The notes below the pieces were generated by a model. The model saw only the letters and a program-made list of their open reading frames with translations. It was not told where the DNA came from and made no database searches. A stretch of 64,000 nucleotides of DNA from Eledone cirrhosa (Eukaryota). Shown here piece by piece: positions 57,680 through 64,000 of the stretch. The stretch is from assembly GCA_964016885.1 (NCBI GenBank), contig OZ024743.1:143220001-143284000 (forward strand), written 5' to 3'. Within the stretch, counting starts at the first letter, position 1; every line of letters starts with the position of its first letter. The translations under genes were made by a program, and so were the position numbers.

Positions 57680-60600
57680 TGCTTGGTGCTTGGTGTTTGG
57701 TGTTTGGTGCTTGGTGCTTGGAGTTTGGTGTTTGGTGCTTGGTGCTTGGTGTTTTGTGTTTCGTGTTTGGTTTTTGGTGCTTGGTGCTTGGTGCTTGGTC
57801 CTTGGTGTTTGGTGCTGGGTGCTTTGTGTTTGGTGCTTGGTGCTTGGTACTTGGTGTTTGGTGTTTGCTGCTTGGTGTTTGATGCTTGGTGCTTGGTGCT
57901 TGGTGTTTTGTGTTTGGTGCTTGGTGCTTGGTGTTTGGTGCTTGGTGCTTGGTGCTTGGTGTTTGTACTCTGTGCTTGGTGCTTGGTGTTTGGTTCTTGG
58001 TTCTTGGTGTTTGGTGCTTGGTGTTTGGTGCTTGGTGCTTGGTGTTTGGTGTTTGGTGCTTGGTGCTTGGTGTTTGGTGCTTGGTGTTTGGTGTTTGGTG
58101 CTTGGTGTCTGGTGCTTGGTGTTTGGTGTTTGGTGCTTGGTGTTCGGTGTTTGGTGCTTGGTGTTTGGTGTTTGGTGTTTGGTGCTTGGTGCTTGGTGTT
58201 TGGTGTTTGTTGCTTGGTGTCTGGTGCTTGGTGTTTGGTGTTTGGTGCTTGGTGTTTGGTGTTTGGTGTTTTGTGCTTGGTGCTTGGTGTTTGGTGTTTG
58301 GTGTTTGGTGCTTGGTGCTTGGTGTTTGGTGCTGAGTGGTTGGTGTTTGGTGCTTGGTGTTTGGTGCTGGGTGCTTGGTGTTTGGTGCTGGGTGTTTGCT
58401 GCTTGGTGCTTGGTCTTTGGTGCTTGGTGTTTGGTGCTTGGTGCTTGGTGCTTGGTGTTTGGTGCTTGGTGCTTGGTGTTTGGTGCTTGGTGCTTAGTGT
58501 TTGGTGCTAGGTGCTTGGTGTTTGGTGCTTGGTGCTTGGTGTTTGGTGCTTGGTGCTTGGTGTTTGGTGTTTGGTGTTTGTTGTTTGTTGTTTGGTGTTT
58601 GCTGTTTGGTGTTTGGTGTTTGTTTTTTGGTGTTTGGTGTTTGCTGTATGTTGTTTGCTGTTTGGTGTTTGGTGTTTGGTGTTTGGTGTTTGGTGCTTGG
58701 TGTTTGGTGCTTGGTGCTTGGTGTTTGGTGCCTGGTGCTTGGTACTTGGTGCTTGGTGTTTGGTGCTTGGTGCTTGGTGCTTGGTGCTTGGTGTTTGGTG
58801 CTTGGTGCTTGGTGTTTTGTGTTTCGTGTTTGGTTTTTGGTGCTTGGTGCTTGGTGCTTGGTCCTTGGTGTTTGGTGCTGGGTGCTTTGTGTTTGGTGCT
58901 TGTTGCTTGGTGCTTGGTGTTTGGTGTTTGCTGCTTGGTGTTTGAGGCTTGGTGCTTGGTGATTGGTGTTTTCTGTTTGGTGCTTGGTGCTTGGTGTTTG
59001 GTGCTTGGTGCTTGGTGCTTGGTGTTTGTACTTGGTGCTTGGTGCTTGGTGTTTGGTTCTTGGTTCTTGGTGTTTGGTGTTTGGCGTTTGGTGTTTGGTG
59101 CTTGGTGCTTGGTGCTTGGTGTTTGCTGTTTGGTGTTTGGTGTTTGGTGTTTGCTGTTTGCTGTTTGGTGTCTGCTTTTTGGTGTTTAGTGTTTGCTGTA
59201 TGGTGTTTGCTGTTTCGTGTTTGGTGTTTGCTGTTTGGTGTTTGGTGTTTGCTGTTTGGTGTTTGGTCTTTGGTGCTTGGTGTTTCGTGCTTGGTGCTTG
59301 GTGTTTGGTGTTTGGTGCTTGGTGCTTGGTGCTTGGTGTTTGGTGTTTGGTGTTTGCTGCTTGGTGTCTGGTGCTTGGTGTTTGGTGTTTGGTGCTTGGT
59401 GCTTGGTGTTTGGTGTTTGGTGCTTGGTGTTTGGTGTTTGGTGCTTGTTGCTTGGTGCTTGATGTTTGGTGCTTGGTGCTTGGTGTCTGGTGCTGGGTGC
59501 TTGGTGCATGGTGTTTGGTGTTTGGTGTTTGGTGCTTGGTGTTTGGTGTTTGGTGTTATATGCTTGGTGTTTGAGTCTTGGTGCTTGGTGCTTGGTGTTT
59601 GGTGTTTGGTGCTTGGTGTTTGATGCTTGGTGCTTGGTGCTTGGTGTTTGGTGCTTGATGTTTGTACTTGGTGCTTGGTGCTTGGTTCTTGTTGTTTGGT
59701 GCTTGGTGTTTGGTGCTTAGTGCTTGGTGTTTGGTGTTTGGTGCTTGGTGCTTGGTGCTTGGTGCTTGGTGTTTGGTGCTTGGTGTTAGGTGTTTGGTGC
59801 TTGGTGTTTGGTGCTTGGTGCTTGGTGTTTGGTGCTTGGTGTTTGGTGCTTGGTGTTAGGTGTTTGGTGCTTGGTGCTTGGTGTTTGGTTTTTGGTGCTT
59901 GGTGCTTGGTGTTTGGTGTTTGGTGCTTGCTGCTGGCTGCTTGGTGTTTGGTTCTTGGTGATTGGTGCTTGGTGTTTGGTGCTTGGTGTTTGGTGTTTGG
60001 TGCTAGGTGCTCGGTGTTTGGTGCTTGGTGCTTGGTGTTTGTACTTGGTGCTTGGTCCTTGGTTCTTGGTGTTTGGTGCTTGGTGCTTGGTGTTTGGTGC
60101 TTGGTGTTTGGTGCTTGGTGTTTGGTGCTTGGTGTTTGGTGCTTGGTGCTTGGTGTTTGGTGCCTGGTGCTTGGTGCTTGGTGTTTGGTGTTTGGTGCTT
60201 GGTGCTTGAAGTTTGGTGTTTGGTGCTTGGTGCTTGGTGCTTGGTCCTTGGTCTTTGGTGCTTGGTGTTTGGTGCTTGGTGTTTGGTGCTTGGTGCTTGG
60301 TGCTTGGTGCTTGGTGTTTGGTGCTTGGTGTTTCGTGCTTGGTGCTTGGTGTTTGGTGTTTGGTGCTTGGTGTTTGGTGCCTGGTGCTTGGTGCTTGGTG
60401 CTTGGTGTTTGGTACTTGGTGCTTGGTGCTTGGTGTTTGGTGTTTGGTGCTTGGTGCTTGGAGTTTGGTGTTTGGTGCTTCGTGCTTGGTGTTTTGTGTT
60501 TCGTGTTTGGTTTTTGGTGCTTGGTGCTTGGTGCTTGGTCCTTGGTGTTTGGTGCTGGGTGCTTTGTGTTTGGTGCTTGGTGCTTGGTACTTGGTGTTTG

Positions 60601-63120
60601 GTGTTTGCTGCTTGGTGTTTGATGCTTGGTGCTTGGTGCTTGGTGTTTTGTGTTTGGTGCTTGGTGCTTGGTGTTTGGTGCTTGGTGCTTGGTGCTTGGT
60701 GTTTGTACTCTGTGCTTGGTGCTTGGTGTTTGGTTCTTGGTTCTTGGTGTTTGGTGCTTGGTGTTTGGTGCTTGGTGCTTGGTGTTTGGTGTTTGGTGCT
60801 TGGTGCTTGGTGTTTGGTGCTTGGTGTTTGGTGTTTGGTGCTTGGTGTCTGGTGCTTGGTGTTTGGTGTTTGGTGCTTGGTGTTCGGTGTTTGGTGCTTG
60901 GTGTTTGGTGTTTGGTGTTTGGTGCTTGGTGCTTGGTGTTTGGTGTTTGGTGCTTGGTGTCTGGTGCTTGGTGTTTGGTGTTTGGTGCTTGGTGTTTGGT
61001 GTTTGGTGTTTTGTGCTTGGTGCTTGGTGTTTGGTGTTTGGTGTTTGGTGCTTGGTGCTTGGTGTTTGGTGCTGAGTGGTTGGTGTTTGGTGCTTGGTGT
61101 TTGGTGCTGGGTGCTTGGTGTTTGGTGCTGGGTGTTTGGTGCTTGGTGCTTGGTCTTTGGTGCTTGGTGTTTGGTGCTTGGTGCTTGGTGCTTGGTGTTT
61201 GGTGCTTGGTGCTTGGTGTTTGGTGCTTGGTGCTTAGTGTTTGGTGCTAGGTGCTTGGTGTTTGGTGCTTGGTGCTTGGTGTTTGGTGCTTGGTGCTTGG
61301 TGTTTGGTGTTTGGTGTTTGTTGTTTGTTGTTTGGTGTTTGCTGTTTGGTGTTTGGTGTTTGTTTTTTGGTGTTTGGTGTTTGCTGTATGTTGTTTGCTG
61401 TTTGGTGTTTGGTGTTTGGTGTTTGGTGTTTGGTGCTTGGTGTTTGGTGCTTGGTGCTTGGTGTTTGGTGCCTGGTGCTTGGTACTTGGTGCTTGGTGTT
61501 TGGTGCTTGGTGCTTGGTGCTTGGTGCTTGGTGTTTGGTGCTTGGTGCTTGGTGTTTTGTGTTTCGTGTTTGGTTTTTGGTGCTTGGTGCTTGGTGCTTG
61601 GTCCTTGGTGTTTGGTGCTGGGTGCTTTGTGTTTGGTGCTTGTTGCTTGGTGCTTGGTGTTTGGTGTTTGCTGCTTGGTGTTTGAGGCTTGGTGCTTGGT
61701 GATTGGTGTTTTCTGTTTGGTGCTTGGTGCTTGGTGTTTGGTGCTTGGTGCTTGGTGCTTGGTGTTTGTACTTGGTGCTTGGTGCTTGGTGTTTGGTTCT
61801 TGGTTCTTGGTGTTTGGTGTTTGGCGTTTGGTGTTTGGTGCTTGGTGCTTGGTGCTTGGTGTTTGCTGTTTGGTGTTTGGTGTTTGGTGTTTGGTGTTTG
61901 CTGTTTGGTGTCTGCTTTTTGGTGTTTAGTGTTTGCTGTATGGTGTTTGCTGTTTCGTGTTTGGTGTTTGCTGTTTGGTGTTTGGTGTTTGCTGTTTGGT
62001 GTTTGGTCTTTGGTGCTTGGTGTTTCGTGCTTGGTGCTTGGTGTTTGGTGTTTGGTGCTTGGTGCTTGGTGCTTGGTGTTTGGTGTTTGGTGTTTGCTGC
62101 TTGGTGTCTGGTGCTTGGTGTTTGGTCTTTGGTGCTTGGTGCTTGGTGTTTGGTGTTTGGTGCTTGGTGTTTGGTGTTTGGTGCTTGTTGCTTGGTGCTT
62201 GATGTTTGGTGCTTGGTGCTTGGTGTTTGGTGCTGGGTGCTTGGTGCATGGTATTTGGTGTTTGGTGTTTGGTGCTTGGTGTTTGGTGTTTGGTGTTATA
62301 TGCTTGGTGTTTGAGTCTTGGTGCTTGGTGCTTGGTGTTTGGTGTTTGGTGCTTGGTGTTTGATGCTTGGTGCTTGGTGCTTGGTGTTTGGTGCTTGATG
62401 TTTGTACTTGGTGCTTGGTGCTTGGTTCTTGGTGTTTGGTGCTTGGTGTTTGGTGCTTAGTGCTTGGTGTTTGGTGTTTGGTGCTTGGTGCTTGGTGCTT
62501 GGTGCTTGGTGTTTGGTGCTTGGTGTTAGGTGTTTGGTGCTTGGTGTTTGGTGCTTGGTGCTTGGTGTTTGGTGCTTGGTGTTTGGTGCTTGGTGTTAGG
62601 TGTTTGGTGCTTGGTGCTTGGTGTTTGGTTTTTGGTGCTTGGTGCTTGGTGTTTGGTGTTTGGTGCTTGCTGCTGGCTGCTTGGTGTTTGGTTCTTGGTG
62701 ATTGGTGCTTGGTGTTTGGTGCTTGGTGTTTGGTGTTTGGTGCTAGGTGCTTGGTGTTTGGTGCTTGGTGCTTGGTGTTTGTACTTGGTGCTTGGTCCTT
62801 GGTTCTTGGTGTTTGGTGCTTGGTGCTTGGTGTTTGGTGCTTGGTGTTTGGTGCTTGGTGTTTGGTGCTTGGTGTTTGGTGCTTGGTGCTTGGTGTTTGG
62901 TGCCTGGTGCTTGGTGCTTGGTGTTTGGTGTTTGGTGCTTGGTGCTTGAAGTTTGGTGTTTGGTGCTTGGTGCTTGGTGCTTGGTCCTTGGTCTTTGGTG
63001 CTTGGTGTTTGGTGCTTGGTGTTTGGTGCTTGGTGCTTGGTGCTTGGTGCTTGGTGTTTGGTGCTTGGTGTTTCGTGCTTGGTGCTTGGTGTTTGGTGTT
63101 TGGTGCTTGGTGTTTGGTGC
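57680..63120 (+). repeat. 2,740-bp tandem duplication, with a third more diverged copy at about 54.0-57.4 kb
   Basis: GCTGAGTGG at 55381/58331/61071, GAGTCTT at 56561/59573/62313, TTGAAGTT (GAAG) at 57168/60208/62948, GTACTCTGTG at 54324/57965/60705. The last two copies are at a constant offset of 2,740. Confidence 0.92.
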
Positions 63121-64000
63121 TTGGTACTTGGTGTTTGGTGCCTGGTGCTTGGTGCTTGGTGCTTGGTGTTTGGTGTTTGGTGCTTGGTGCTTGGTACTTG
63201 GAGTTTGGTGTTTGGTGCTTGGTGCTTGGTGTTTTGTGTTCGGTGTTTTGTGTTTGGTGTTTGGTTTTTGGTGCTTGGTGCTTGGTCCTTGGTGTTTGGT
63301 GCTGGGTGCTTTGTGTTTGGTGCTTGGTGTTTGGTGTTTGCTGCTTGGTGTTTGATGCTTGGTGCTTGGTGCTTGGTGTTTTGTGTTTGGTGCATGGTTC
63401 TTGGTGTTTGGTGCTTGGTGCTTGGTGCTTGGTGTTTGTACTTGGTGCTTGGTGCTTGGTTCTTGGTTCTTGGTGTTTGGTACTTGGTGCTTGGTGCTTG
63501 GTGCTTGATGTTTGGTGTTTGGTGCTTGGTGTTTGGTGCTTGGTGCTTGGTGTTTTGTGTTTGGTGCTTGGTTCTTGGTGTTTGGTGCTTGGTGCTTGGT
63601 GCTTGGTGTTTGTACTTGATGCTTGGTGCTTGGTGCTTGGTGTTTGGTTCTTGGTTCTTGGTGTTTGGTACTTGGTGCTTGGTGTTTGGTGTTTGCTGTT
63701 TGGTGTTTGGTGTTTGGTGTTTGCTGTTTGGTGTCTGCTTTTTGGTGTTTAGTGTTTGCTGTATGGTGTTTGGTGTTTGCTGTTTGGTGTTTGGTCTTTG
63801 GTGCTTGGTGTTTTGTGCTTGGTGCTTGGTGTTTGGTGTTTGGTGCTTGGTGCTTGGTGTTTGGTGCTTGGTGTTTGGTGTTTGGTGCTTGGTGTCTGGT
63901 GCTTGGTGTTTGATGTTTGGTGCTTGGTGTTTGGTGTTTGGTGCTTGGTGTTTGGTGTTTGGTGTTTGGTGCTTGGTGCTTGGTGTTTGGTGTTTGGTGC

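Larger units (their letters stand above)
1..64000 (+). repeat. Simple satellite array, 7-bp unit TTGGTGY (TTGGTGC and TTGGTGT intermixed), about 9,100 monomers, runs off both ends of the window
   Basis: Direct reading: every line is GGTGCTT/GGTGTTT units with scattered single-base variants (GGTACTT, GATGCTT, GGTGTTA, GGTGATT, GCTGCTT etc.). No orientation switch and no non-repeat insert seen. The + strand is almost all G and T, with A confined to variant monomers. Confidence 0.99.
42800..64000 (+). repeat. Right-flank top-level period of about 8.7-9.0 kb (older, diverged copies)
   Basis: A distinctive variant block (TTTGTAC..GGTTCTTGGTTCTT..GATG..GTACTTGATG..TCTGCTTTT..GCTGTATG) starts at 45876, 54700 and 63430. 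ORF-track string pairs 43173/52199, 44441/53202, 45484/54245 and 46069/54900 have offsets of 8,761-9,026. Confidence 0.75.

Noticed and set aside
56181-59189. 1,002-aa + strand ORF and all other WCLV(L/F)G(A/V) ORFs
   Set aside because: The consensus heptamer has no stop in any frame. All three frames give the same peptide, ORF ends are set by chance variants (TAG/TGA), and there is no unique domain or codon-position constraint.
1-64000. CRISPR array or diversity-generating cassette array
   Set aside because: No unique spacers, no constant 23-50-bp repeat separated by non-repeat DNA, and no cas, reverse transcriptase or recombinase gene.
1-64000. Canonical telomeric repeat (TTAGGG, TTTAGGG, TTAGG)
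   Set aside because: The unit is TTGGTGY. TTAGG appears only as an isolated T>A variant (GGTGTTAGGTG), never in tandem.
1-64000. Fungal RIP signature among G>A variants (TTAGTG, GATG, GGTAC)
   Set aside because: G>A occurs at all three G positions, including the non-CpA context. Transversions are also common and the overall A content remains very low.
1-64000. Pure basecalling or polymerase-slippage artefact
   Set aside because: Rare variants recur in conserved order at exact kb-scale offsets with hierarchical sharing, which random error would not generate. Copy number of individual duplications still needs read validation.

Overview
The whole 64,000-bp window is one uninterrupted, single-orientation tandem array of a 7-bp unit, consensus TTGGTGY (TTGGTGC/TTGGTGT; minus strand RCACCAA), about 9,100 monomers. 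I see no gene, RNA gene, transposon, CRISPR spacer or unique sequence. Every ORF in the track is an artefact: the heptamer has no stop codon in any of the six frames, giving WCLV(L/F)G(A/V) on + and KHQ(A/T)P(S/N)T on -. The real structure lies in the rare variant monomers, which act as landmarks and reveal nested higher-order repeats. Offsets I measured by hand are 147, 279, 440 and 461 bp, 1,602, 1,664, 2,573, 2,740 and 2,855-2,967 bp, about 3.6 kb, about 4.6 kb, 8,088/9,767 bp, about 8.8 kb and about 45.7 kb. The array is also layered: the two flanks (about 1-10 kb and 45-64 kb) share variant monomers that are absent from a more homogeneous central block (about 10-44 kb), which has its own private variants. 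This best fits a eukaryotic heterochromatic (centromeric, pericentromeric or subtelomeric) simple satellite that grew by in-register unequal exchange. I cannot identify the organism or a named satellite family, and assembly artefacts for the near-identical duplications are not excluded. Boundaries are approximate (tens of bp).
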